Of a DNA stretch of 64,000 bases, positions 40,048 through 48,989 are shown piece after piece. The DNA comes from Acidobacteriota bacterium (GTDB lineage: Bacteria > Acidobacteriota > UBA6911): contig OY761556.1 of the NCBI GenBank assembly GCA_963664705.1, positions 1,376,001 to 1,440,000 on the forward strand, in the 5' to 3' direction. Within the stretch, counting starts at the first letter, position 1; the number at the start of each line of letters is the position of its first letter. The notes under the pieces are model-generated. The model saw nothing but the letters and a program-made list of their open reading frames with translations. It was not told the DNA's origin and did no database searches. The translations under genes were made by a program, and so were the position numbers.

Positions 40048-40263
40048 TTAACGTTTTTCCCAGATCATGGACAGGCGCTTCTTTGTAACCGCGCAATCAC
40101 GAAGATACAGGTTGATCAGCGTCTGGTATGGGATTCCACATTCCTGGGAAAGCTGCTTGAAGTATTCGAGCGTCATGTCGTCCAGCCGGATCGTTACCTG
40201 GCGCTTGAGCCGGGCTGCATATGGATTCGGATGCCCCTTCGAAAAATCATATTCTCGTTTCAT
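40048..40263 (-). CDS. brnA: BrnA-family antitoxin
   Basis: MKREYDFSKG, VTIRLD...YFK, GIPYQTLINLYL. Confidence 0.88.
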   Translation of the reverse strand: MKREYDFSKGHPNPYAARLKRQVTIRLDDMTLEYFKQLSQECGIPYQTLINLYLRDCAVTKKRLSMIWEKR

Positions 40264-40556
40264 TGAATGTGCCTTCGACCATAGTCGTCCCGTTCCTTTC
40301 GGGTTGCCTTCCGTGCGGAGATGATCCTGATTGCGGAGTCAGCGCTCCGATAACAATGAGATACAACCAACAGGCGCAAATTACAGCTCAAGCCCAGAAG
40401 CAAGAAACGTTTCTCTCCATTAAAGTGACCGGGATCATCAATGAGCAGACCGAATTCATCCATAAAGATGGTTGTTGCTTCGTTGAAAGAAATGCCATGC
40501 TTGAGTTCATTTGACTGTGCCTTGTCGGGATCCCATTCAAATACTAGTTCATTCAT
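40260..40556 (-). CDS. brnT: BrnT-family ribonuclease toxin
   Basis: FEWDPDK..SN..KHGISF.EA, E.R..LLG, IRIISARKAT. Confidence 0.92.
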   Translation of the reverse strand: MNELVFEWDPDKAQSNELKHGISFNEATTIFMDEFGLLIDDPGHFNGEKRFLLLGLSCNLRLLVVSHCYRSADSAIRIISARKATRKERDDYGRRHIQ

Positions 40557-40690
40557 ATACAATGTAGCTACAATGTAGTTACGTGTCAATGTCGAGATTT
40601 CAGATCGCCCGGGTTTATGGAGAATTGAGAAAGAGATGAATTTATTGTTTCGCCAAGTGTCGGGTTATTTCACGCTGTAAAGTGGAATGA

Positions 40691-40760
40691 TCCAACGCCC
40701 AACGTCTAACGTCCAACGTTTCCACGTCCAACGTTTTTTCGTTCAACGTTTCAACGTGCC
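40691..40760 (-). repeat. ACGT-core tract (C-rich on +)
   Basis: tccaacgcccaacgtctaacgtccaacg... Confidence 0.88.
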
Positions 40761-40830
40761 ACCCGGGGGTAAGGAAAACTTCTACCAAGGTGCTATTTCC
40801 TAAGTCGCCCGGAGGGATTATTTTCAAATC

Positions 40831-41127
40831 ATGGTGCAAGTCCCCTTGCTTGCCATCGATCGAGCGGAGCGCTACCCCATAACAGTGCCTGTGCGCTTTC
40901 GTACCGGCGATTCCATCGAATGGGTCGGCGGCTCCAGCATCAATATCAGCCGCACCGGCATCCTGTTTATCTCCGACCGCAGCCTCCCCGCCGGCTCCTT
41001 CGTTGACGTCGAATTCGCCCTGCGCGGCGCCAATCTCTACTTCCAGGGATGCGTCGTCCGCTCCGCCACCGAAGGAACGGCCGTAAAATTCCGGCGGCAC
41101 AGCCTTTCCCATCGCCAAATCTCTTGA
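40831..41127 (+). CDS. Stand-alone PilZ-domain protein
   Basis: RAERY (degenerate RxxxR), NISRTG, G.VVR, AVKF. Confidence 0.75.
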   Translation: MVQVPLLAIDRAERYPITVPVRFRTGDSIEWVGGSSINISRTGILFISDRSLPAGSFVDVEFALRGANLYFQGCVVRSATEGTAVKFRRHSLSHRQIS

Positions 41128-41161
41128 AGAAAATAGGAAGAAACTATAGCATCGACGGCCG

Positions 41162-42928
41162 ATGAGTCTGGGTAGGGGGTGTCCTATGCCGCGGGAGATC
41201 CTGGCCAGAGGCTTCTTTTATTGGCTGCGCGCTCCGAGAGATTATTCTGATTTCAGCCGCGAACAGTGGATCATGGCGATAGCACGCCTGTTCATGAGCC
41301 TCTGCTTCCTGGCCAATTCCGCGCACTCCCATGGCCTCTCTTCCACGCTCCCGACCACGCTGCTGTGCCTGTACTCGATCTACAGCGTCCTGATCACCTT
41401 CGCGCTGCGCTTCCGCATCCAGTCCAGCCCGGCTTTCCACATTGGCCTACATTGCGCCGACGTGCTCTGGGCCGCGCAGCTCGCGCTCGTCATCGAGTGG
41501 CCGGGCGTTTCCCTGGTCCTTTTGTTCTTCCTCCTGATCAGCTCCAAGATGCGCTGGGGCTTCTGGGAGGCGCTGCTGACCGGCGGCGGCTTCAGCTTCC
41601 TCTGGCTCGCGGGCAGCCTGATCTACAGCCCGGTCCTGGGCTGGCGGCATGCCTCTCCGCTCGATGCCTTGCTCGAGTTCGCCATCCACATGACGATGTC
41701 GCTCGTGATCGGGCGCCTGGCCGAGCCCAAGCTCATGCACATGGAAAAGAGCCGCCTGACCACCATCCTCGAAGGGATCGATTCCAGCCGCGGCCTGACC
41801 CCGGCGATGCAGACGATCTGCAGCGCGGCCATGAGCCTGTTCCGGGCCACCCAGATTCTCATCGCCATCCACGACCGGCACACCGACCGTACGCTGCTGT
41901 TCCGCGCCGGCAACACCTCCGAGAACGTCCAGTGCGAGGTCCTCACCCCCGAGCAATACTCGCATTACTTCTTCACTCCGCCCGCGACGGGCTGGCGCAT
42001 GAGGGCTGTTCGCCGCGCACGGACTCCCGAGTTCCGCTGCCTGACGCTGCAGGACGACCGTCTGCGCACCTGCCGGGGCGATTGCGGCATGCCGGAGACT
42101 TTCCTGGCCGAGCACCCGCTGCACCTGGTCCTGAGCGTCGATCTGCCGGTTGAGAACGAGATTTGCATCCGCCCGTTCGTGATCGATCCGCACCCGTGGT
42201 TCGGCGGCGCCGCGGCGCTGCGCTTCCTGTGGCGCGGGGCGCTCCAGGTTGCGCCCGTGATCCGCAGCCTGTTCCTCCTCGATCGCATTAAAAGCAAAGC
42301 GGAAGCCGAAGTCCACCACCGGCTGGCGCGCGAACTGCACGACGGTGCCATCCAGTCGCTCACCAGCATCAGCCTGCAGCTCGATCAGCTCTGGCGCTGC
42401 GCCGGGCCCGCCCTCACCGCCGAGGCGCTGCGGCTCGCATCCATCCAGAAAAATATCCGCGACGAGATCGCCTCCCTGCGCGAATTCGCCACCGAACTCC
42501 GCTCGCTCGACATCGATGCCGCCCGCCTCATCCCGCACCTGTCACAGCTGGCCGTCAAATTCCAGTTCGACAGCGATATCGCCGCCCGGTTCGCCTGCGA
42601 TGTCGAGGAAGTGCGGCTGCGGCCCAGCGTCTGCGTCGAAATCGCCCGGATCGCCCAGGAAGCCCTTGCCAATGTGCGGAAACACAGCGGCGCCGGGGAA
42701 GTCCTGATCCGCTTCAACCGGCGCAACGGCAATTACCTGCTCGCCATCACCGACAATGGCTGCGGATTCAAATTCAGCGGACGACGCTCCCACGAAGACC
42801 TGCGCGCCGCCGGGGAAGGGCCCGTCGTCATTTTGGAACGTGCCAAAGAAATACAAGCCCGGGTGGAAATTGAATCTATTCCGGGAAGCGGATCGAGTTT
42901 GGAAGTCAGTGTTCCCGTGGAACGTTGA
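41162..42928 (+). CDS. Membrane sensor histidine kinase (HisKA_3 / NarX type)
   Basis: N-terminal TMs, RLARELHDGAIQ, QEALANVRKHS, DNGCGF, S.PGSG. Confidence 0.92.
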   Translation: MSLGRGCPMPREILARGFFYWLRAPRDYSDFSREQWIMAIARLFMSLCFLANSAHSHGLSSTLPTTLLCLYSIYSVLITFALRFRIQSSPAFHIGLHCADVLWAAQLALVIEWPGVSLVLLFFLLISSKMRWGFWEALLTGGGFSFLWLAGSLIYSPVLGWRHASPLDALLEFAIHMTMSLVIGRLAEPKLMHMEKSRLTTILEGIDSSRGLTPAMQTICSAAMSLFRATQILIAIHDRHTDRTLLFRAGNTSENVQCEVLTPEQYSHYFFTPPATGWRMRAVRRARTPEFRCLTLQDDRLRTCRGDCGMPETFLAEHPLHLVLSVDLPVENEICIRPFVIDPHPWFGGAAALRFLWRGALQVAPVIRSLFLLDRIKSKAEAEVHHRLARELHDGAIQSLTSISLQLDQLWRCAGPALTAEALRLASIQKNIRDEIASLREFATELRSLDIDAARLIPHLSQLAVKFQFDSDIAARFACDVEEVRLRPSVCVEIARIAQEALANVRKHSGAGEVLIRFNRRNGNYLLAITDNGCGFKFSGRRSHEDLRAAGEGPVVILERAKEIQARVEIESIPGSGSSLEVSVPVER

Positions 42929-42969
42929 ACGTTGAACGTTGGGACGTTGAACGTTGGGACGTTGGAACG
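42916..42969 (+). repeat. ACGT-core tract containing the kinase stop codon
   Basis: cgtggaacgttgaacgttgaacgttgggacg. Confidence 0.9.
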
Positions 42970-43023
42970 CGGGGAGAAGTAGTTTGAATCCAAAAAGTAG
43001 ACATATTCGTATACAATAGGAAT

Positions 43024-43686
43024 ATGGATTCCGTACGAATTATCATTGCCGATGACCACACCATCCTGCGCGACGGCCTCAAAATGCTGATCGCGGATTA
43101 CCGGGAATTCGAGGTCGTGGGCGAAGCCTCGACGGGGACGCAGGCGCTCGAGGTTGTCGATCGGCTGGATCCGGACGTTCTGCTGCTCGATCTCGTCATG
43201 CCGGAGCTGGGGGGCATGAAGGTGCTGGAGGAGATGCTGGCGCGGAAGCACCGGACGCGGGTCATCATGCTGAGCGGTGCGATTGAAGGGGATGACATCA
43301 CGAAGGCGTTTGAGCTGGGTGCGCGCGGCCTGGTGAAAAAAGATGTCGCCGGGTCCATCCTGATCGACTGCATGCGCGCCGTGCTGGCAGGGAAGTACTG
43401 GATCGGGAGACAGAGCGCCGAGAATCTCGAGGAAGTCCTGCAGCGCTGCCGAAGCACCGCCAAGAGAGCCCGGCCGGAAAACTACCGTCTTACCCCGAGA
43501 GAGATGCAGATCATTAAGGCCGTCGTCTCCGCCTCCACGAACAAGGAGATCGCGCGGCAGCTATCGATCAGTGAAGAAACCGTCAAGCATCATATCACCA
43601 GCATCTTCGATAAACTCGGCGTCTACAATCGTCTTGAACTGACCCTTTTCGTCTTCCACCACGGCATCGTTGATAAAGCACGTTGA
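43024..43686 (+). CDS. NarL/LuxR-family response regulator
   Basis: IADDH, LLLDLVMP, LTPRE, TNKEIA. Confidence 0.93.
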   Translation: MDSVRIIIADDHTILRDGLKMLIADYREFEVVGEASTGTQALEVVDRLDPDVLLLDLVMPELGGMKVLEEMLARKHRTRVIMLSGAIEGDDITKAFELGARGLVKKDVAGSILIDCMRAVLAGKYWIGRQSAENLEEVLQRCRSTAKRARPENYRLTPREMQIIKAVVSASTNKEIARQLSISEETVKHHITSIFDKLGVYNRLELTLFVFHHGIVDKAR

Positions 43687-43785
43687 ACGTTGGGACGTTG
43701 AACGTTTGAACGTTTGAACGTTGGAACGTTGGGACGTTGGACGTTTGGACGTTGAACGTTGAAACGTTGAAACGTTGGAACGTGG
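43679..43785 (+). repeat. ACGT-core tract containing the regulator stop codon
   Basis: cacgttgaacgttgggacgttgaacg... Confidence 0.9.
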
Positions 43786-43794
43786 GAGCGGGAT

Positions 43795-43826
43795 AAAAAT
43801 TAAAAGGGCCCCAAGGATGGGGCCCT
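43795..43826 (-). terminator. Intrinsic terminator, U-tract on minus strand
   Basis: Stem AGGGCCCCA/TGGGGCCCT, 4 nt loop, preceded on + by an A-rich run. Confidence 0.65.
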
Positions 43827-44146
43827 GTCGTTCGCAGTAGGTCTTTTTAAGGCGGGAACGATCCCTGGGGAGGAGATCGTCATTTTGAGTGGTTGTTGTT
43901 GCTCGCGCTTCGTTTAGATGAATCTAATGTCCCGTGGGGACTATCCCTGCATCCGGCCCCCCCTACATTTCCGTCTGCAGTATTCTGTCCCCACAACCGC
44001 TGGTCTCTGAGATGCCGCATCTCATTGACCGAAGTGATATTTAAACATTTAAGAAGATTGAAAACTATTCGTGGGAATACTCAATGAAGGCTGGGTAGTA
44101 CTACGCAGCGGCGGGGCAGGCGGATTTGCCGCCCGCCCCGTGGCTG

Positions 44147-44299
44147 TTAGGCTTGTGGAATTAGTGCTTTGGTAAGGGTTTCACGGTCCGTGTCGTTGAA
44201 GTACTTCAGGCCGCACACGATACACAACACTATGGATGTCCCTTTTTCGTTGGGGCTGACGTAAACCGGGCGCCCACAATCTTTGCACTCGATTTCCAT
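44147..44299 (-). CDS. 50 aa zinc-ribbon protein
   Basis: MEIECKDCGR...LCIVCG; GC-rich hairpin just downstream (about 44106-44145). Confidence 0.55.
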   Translation of the reverse strand: MEIECKDCGRPVYVSPNEKGTSIVLCIVCGLKYFNDTDRETLTKALIPQA

Positions 44300-44496
44300 C
44301 GTGATTTGAGTCAGTGAGGGGGCAAAAGCGCCAAGCAGAATAGATTCAGACTCGCTAAAATAATCAATCAACATCAAATGCACTCCAAAACAAATTACGG
44401 GTGTAATGGTACCGACAAAACGCCATAAATTCCACGAATTCCACAAATAATCGGTTACCCGAAATGGCGCCAATTTATACACCGTGTCACCGAAGA

Positions 44497-44532
44497 CACG
44501 TTGAACGTTCAACGTTTCAACGTTCAACGTTT
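44497..44532. repeat. ACGT-core tract
   Basis: cacgttgaacgttcaacgtttcaacgttcaacgttt. Confidence 0.85.
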
Positions 44533-44564
44533 CGGCGTATAATCGGCCGAAAAAGGAGCAGCCC

Positions 44565-45125
44565 ATGATCACGAGACGCGATTTTGTCAAAGGTGTTGCA
44601 GGAACCGCTGTTGTTGGCGCGCTGATAGAGCCGGGGAAGAATGAAACCCTCGTCGCCTCCTGCGGACTCTACTGCGGCGCATGCCCCATGTACCTCGCCA
44701 CCCAGAGCAAGGACGAGTCGAGAATCAAAACGATGATGCAGCAATTCTCCGCCTCGAAGATGAACTGGAAGATGGAAGATCTGCTGTGCGACGGATGCCG
44801 GGGCACCGGGCAGCTGGCCGTCTTCTGCCGCAAATGCGCCATCCGCGATTCGGCGGCGGCGAAAACCAAGTCCAGACTCTGTTCGGACTGCTCCGACTTT
44901 GCCTGCTCGCGCATCACTGGCTTTAATAATGACGGCATGGTGCACCACGCGGAAGTGCTGGCAAATCTGAAACAGCTCAAAGCGGTGGGACTTACGGAAT
45001 GGGCGAAGATGGAAGACGCGCGGTGGGCCTGCCCCGGCTGCAAAGGGCGGATTTCGTGGTATGAGGCCAAGTGCCCGAAATGCGGCACGGCACGCTCGGC
45101 CAAGCTCTTTCCCCTCAAAGCGTAA
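44565..45125 (+). CDS. DUF3795-like Cys-rich protein with Tat-like N-terminus
   Basis: TRRDFVK; CGLYCGACP, CDGC, C..C, C..C..F.C, CPGC, CPKC. Confidence 0.8.
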   Translation: MITRRDFVKGVAGTAVVGALIEPGKNETLVASCGLYCGACPMYLATQSKDESRIKTMMQQFSASKMNWKMEDLLCDGCRGTGQLAVFCRKCAIRDSAAAKTKSRLCSDCSDFACSRITGFNNDGMVHHAEVLANLKQLKAVGLTEWAKMEDARWACPGCKGRISWYEAKCPKCGTARSAKLFPLKA

Positions 45126-45127
45126 AA

Positions 45128-45278
45128 GAACGTTGGACGTTGGGACGTTGCACGTTGGACAAGCGGCCACGAATTCCACGAATTATCACGAATCCGGAAG
45201 CGCAAATGAAACCGGGCCTTGTCGTCCAACGTCCCAACGTCCCAACGTCTAACGTCCAACGTTTCTTCGTCCAACGAT
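45128..45278. repeat. Inverted pair of ACGT tracts (45128-45160 G-rich, 45222-45278 C-rich) enclosing a CACGAATT repeat
   Basis: Lies between convergent stop codons. Confidence 0.88.
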
Positions 45279-45279
45279 T

Positions 45280-46188
45280 TCAGCGCGCACGACGAGCGAT
45301 GATGTGATAGTCGCCGCCGGGGATCGTCACTTCGATGTGCCTCTCGGCGTTACCGTCTTTCAGTGGCGTGCGGTACACGATGGAATAGTGGCTCGAGAGG
45401 AGATGTGTGATGGTGCGGCACAGCCCGCTGACATCCCCGTCCTGGCCCGAGGCGCTGATTTCTTCCGGGCCCAGCATCAATTGGTCCGATCCGGACTGTT
45501 CCTGGATCAGGGTCAACCTGCTTTTCGACTCCTCGGAAAATCCTGCAGCGATCAGTATTACGCCGGATTCCCTCAAGTGTTCGATTGAGGATTGCCTCAG
45601 CTCTTCCGGGTGATCGCGAATGAGCAGCAGCGCCTTTCGCTGGTTGTCCCCTTTTTTCGCCGCCTTCAGTCCGAGGTCGATCCCCAGTCCCACCTGTGGC
45701 GGAGTGATGAAGCTGCGCCCGATCCGGCGCGGCCGCCGGCTGTGCGAGAGGACGCCGATGTTTTCCAGCGCTGTGATGATCTCCAGGCGGTCCCGGGTGA
45801 AACGCTGCTCGAGGTAGGCGTCGCGCTGATCATAGGAGTAGAGCGCGATTTCATCCGTCGGCTTGAGAAGATGGATGAGCTGCGAAATCATGTTCTTCGC
45901 GATCGAGAGGCTGGATTGCGGCATGAAGCCGGTCCCCAGCGAGATGACCAGGCTCACCGGGACGTCCGAGAGTTGTTTGAAGTTGGCGATTTCCACGGGT
46001 GTCCCGTTTTCCCTGATCTCGAAGGCATCGCCGGCGAGGCCGGGGACCGCTCGTCCTTGCCGATCGAGCACTTCCACATCCAGGAAGACGAGGTGGACTT
46101 CCACCTTGAAGGGAGGGTTCTTCTTTTGGGCAAAGGCGGCCAACACGAACAAAAGGGTGCTGGCGAAAATGATCAGGGTGCGTCGCAT
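45280..46188 (-). CDS. Secreted VWA-domain protein (acidobacterial VWFA-related type), degenerate MIDAS
   Basis: Signal peptide, FKVEVHLVFLDVEV.D..GR.VPGL...F.I.ENG, HYSIVY. Confidence 0.75.
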   Translation of the reverse strand: MRRTLIIFASTLLFVLAAFAQKKNPPFKVEVHLVFLDVEVLDRQGRAVPGLAGDAFEIRENGTPVEIANFKQLSDVPVSLVISLGTGFMPQSSLSIAKNMISQLIHLLKPTDEIALYSYDQRDAYLEQRFTRDRLEIITALENIGVLSHSRRPRRIGRSFITPPQVGLGIDLGLKAAKKGDNQRKALLLIRDHPEELRQSSIEHLRESGVILIAAGFSEESKSRLTLIQEQSGSDQLMLGPEEISASGQDGDVSGLCRTITHLLSSHYSIVYRTPLKDGNAERHIEVTIPGGDYHIIARRAR

Positions 46189-46269
46189 GGATTCCCTCTT
46201 ACCCGATATAACGATAGAGTACTGCAAAACGTGGCGTTTTTTTGACTTTTGTAATAATCTCGATGGGCG

Positions 46270-46950
46270 ATGAAAAACAGACGCAATTACTACCGGATCC
46301 TGCAGGTGCAGCCGGACGCGCCGACGGAGATCATTCACGCGAGCTATCGCGCGATGATGCGTGATCTGAAGCAGCACCCCGACCTGGGCGGGTCGACGTA
46401 CGAGGCCGCTCTCATTAATGAAGCGTTCGAGACGCTTGGCAACCCGGAAAAGCGCGCGGCCTACGACCAGGAGCTGTTCCTGAAGTTTACGAAGCAGGTG
46501 CATTCGCGGACGATGTCGCCGATTGCGCCGGTGCTCTGTCCGGTCTGTCGTCGGCCGCTGTCGCGGACGCCGGAGCCCGGGGAGATCTGCTCAACCTGCC
46601 GGACGCCGCTGCAATCGGACGAAGCGCCGCTCTCCGCGCCGTCCAACAAGCGCTCGATGGATCGCATCAGGAGTTCCGAGCCGGTGGAGTATTACCCGAG
46701 CTGGCCGGGGAAGGCGCACAAAGGAAAGCTGATTGATTTTTCTCCGAAGGGGCTGCGATTTCTGTGCAGCGAGCGGCTGGCGCCGCAGACTGTGCTGAAG
46801 ATCAGCAGCCGGCTTTTCGAAGCCTCAGGCACGGTGACGAATGTGAGCGAAGAAGCGGCGGGCGTGAAACCGTCTTATGCCATCGGCATTTGTTTCCTGG
46901 CCGTGAACTTCAGCGACACCCGCGGCACCTTCCTTTCTACCTCGGCGTAA
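46270..46950 (+). CDS. J-domain protein with CxxC pair and C-terminal PilZ-like domain
   Basis: NYYRILQV, HPD, INEAFETL; CPVC...CSTC; RSMDR and DFSPKG. Confidence 0.85.
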   Translation: MKNRRNYYRILQVQPDAPTEIIHASYRAMMRDLKQHPDLGGSTYEAALINEAFETLGNPEKRAAYDQELFLKFTKQVHSRTMSPIAPVLCPVCRRPLSRTPEPGEICSTCRTPLQSDEAPLSAPSNKRSMDRIRSSEPVEYYPSWPGKAHKGKLIDFSPKGLRFLCSERLAPQTVLKISSRLFEASGTVTNVSEEAAGVKPSYAIGICFLAVNFSDTRGTFLSTSA

Positions 46951-46953
46951 AGA

Positions 46954-47004
46954 CCGTTGAACGTTAAAACGTTAAACGTTGAAACGTTCCAACGTTCAAC
47001 GTTT
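46954..47004. repeat. Last ACGT-core tract in the window, between convergent stop codons
   Basis: cgttgaacgttaaaacgttaaacgttgaaacgttccaacgttcaacgtt. Confidence 0.88.
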
Positions 47005-48371
47005 CACGGACATGTCGCGGTTCCCAGGATCACATTCGATTCCAATTGAATATCGAGCGCATTGACGCTTCCATCTTTATTACTGTCGCAGTTCGCCGGG
47101 CAGGCATTCTTCCCCAGGATCGTGTTGGCGAGCGCCTGCAAATCCAGGACATTGGTCAGGGTATCGCCGTTGATATCGCAGTTCCCGGACCCGCTGGTCA
47201 CCAGGCACCCGGGGTACTGGCTGACGTGCGAGCTGATCTCCGACTTGGAGTAGGTGCAGAAGGTCGTCCCGGTCCCGAGCGAGGAATTCATAATCGTGTT
47301 GACGCAGTCCGGTTGGGCCGGCGAGGCGTTTTCCGTATGCGACGCCCCGAAGTTGTGCCCGATCTCGTGCGCGGTCAGAATATATTTTCCCGGCGAGGCG
47401 GCCAGGGATTGCGACACGCCGTAGGTAAAGGAAGCGGCATAGCAGGTCACCCCGACATAGGCGATCCCGACGGTGGAGCCGTCCATATCTTTCCCGGTCC
47501 ACATGTGCGCAATATCGTAGGGGACGGAGCCGAGGTTGGTGCTGCCCCAGTTCCGGAATTCGGCCAGCATGGAGGATGGGTCGGTGGAGGTGTAAGGATC
47601 GCCGGAGGTAGCCCATGCGTGCTGGTAGATGACGTGCAGCGAAATGTTGAGCTGCGAGCTATAGATGCCGTCCACCTGGTTCATGATATCCAGGATCGCG
47701 TTGTTGGCGTTGGCGGCGCTGCCGTTGGCGGTCACGAACTCATAATCGGCCTCGGTGGCGACGTCGGCAACCGAGACGGAGGCGCCGGCAATGGCGAACT
47801 GGGCGGCAATCACTCCCTGGACATGGGCGGCCTGTGTGCTGATCTGTTCGGCGAGGGCGGTGGCGCAGGTCCCGAAGGCTTCCGGGATGATGTCCGAGGC
47901 GCGGTACACCACCATTTCGGCCTGGTCTGCCGTGGCGTCGTAGTTGCGCAGCGGCTCGACGAGGTACCATTCGTGCGGCGTGATCACGATGCCTTCGATG
48001 GCATCCTCGCGCAGGCTGAACCGGACTTCGCTGCCGGGGATGCCGGCGGCCGTGCCGCGGAAGGTCCGGAGGCTGGCCGGAGTAACCGGGTAGGCGATGC
48101 CGTCCTCGGCGACCGCTTCGGCGCGGTAGCGCGGCGAGCGGATATCGTTCGGGGCCACCATCAGTTCAAGCGTCCCGTCCTCGGTGGGGATGGTGACGCG
48201 GCCCATGGTTCTGGCTCTGCGGACGATTGCGCGCGTGTCCACGGCGACGCGCTGATAGTGCCGCAGGTAGCGGTCGACGCGGTGGGTGTCCTGAGCGTGG
48301 GCGGCGGCGGGCATCCCTGCGAGGAGATAGGTGATGAGTGCGGATAGGAAAATGCCGATTCGCTTGTGCAT
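47004..48371 (-). CDS. Secreted M12/reprolysin-like Zn metalloprotease with dockerin-like C-terminus
   Basis: HEIGHNFGASH, Met-turn IM; duplicated DINGD..NVLD / DSNKDG.VNALD. Confidence 0.88.
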   Translation of the reverse strand: MHKRIGIFLSALITYLLAGMPAAAHAQDTHRVDRYLRHYQRVAVDTRAIVRRARTMGRVTIPTEDGTLELMVAPNDIRSPRYRAEAVAEDGIAYPVTPASLRTFRGTAAGIPGSEVRFSLREDAIEGIVITPHEWYLVEPLRNYDATADQAEMVVYRASDIIPEAFGTCATALAEQISTQAAHVQGVIAAQFAIAGASVSVADVATEADYEFVTANGSAANANNAILDIMNQVDGIYSSQLNISLHVIYQHAWATSGDPYTSTDPSSMLAEFRNWGSTNLGSVPYDIAHMWTGKDMDGSTVGIAYVGVTCYAASFTYGVSQSLAASPGKYILTAHEIGHNFGASHTENASPAQPDCVNTIMNSSLGTGTTFCTYSKSEISSHVSQYPGCLVTSGSGNCDINGDTLTNVLDLQALANTILGKNACPANCDSNKDGSVNALDIQLESNVILGTATCP

Positions 48372-48530
48372 GGATATCCTCCAAGTAGGGTAAGCCATAG
48401 ATATGCTATGCCCTGAGCGGGGGAAGTTCTGTGTCCTGCGTCACGAAATAGCAATTTGCCCGGGGCATGGGTTGCATGGTCCCTTGGAAGTGAGGTAGGC
48501 TGTCCCGGTGAGTTTTTGGAGGGTGGATCG

Positions 48531-48938
48531 ATGAAGCGGATTTATGGCTGGTTCCTGGTGTTGGCGGTCGGTGCGTTGGTAGTCGGATGCGGCAAAGAAA
48601 CAACGATAGAAAATGCGCCGTTGAGTGAAAAAGGGGACACGCAGCTCAATGTCGGGAAGATTCCCGACGATTTCCCCAGCGATGTCCCGGTCTATAAGAA
48701 TATACGGTCGGCGAAGGCAATCACCGGCGGCGTCCGGCTGCTGCACCTGCAGTCGGGGGATTCCAAGTCGCAGATTGTGGAGTTTTATAAGAAGGAGCTC
48801 GCGGCGGCGCAGTGGCAGTTGACGGTGGAGAACCGGAGCGAGGGGGTCGAGATTCTGGCCGCCAAGCAGCAGCGCAACCTGACCGTGTCGATTGTGGATA
48901 AGGGCGCGACCGGCCGCGTCATCGATATCAGTTATTAG
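48531..48938 (+). CDS. Lipoprotein
   Basis: Lipobox VVGC, IPDDFPSDVPVY, FYKKEL...W; GGAGG RBS. Confidence 0.8.
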   Translation: MKRIYGWFLVLAVGALVVGCGKETTIENAPLSEKGDTQLNVGKIPDDFPSDVPVYKNIRSAKAITGGVRLLHLQSGDSKSQIVEFYKKELAAAQWQLTVENRSEGVEILAAKQQRNLTVSIVDKGATGRVIDISY

Positions 48939-48989
48939 ATTTTTACGCCATGTGGGATGGCTCTTCCGGGCCGCTACGGTGCGAATCGC

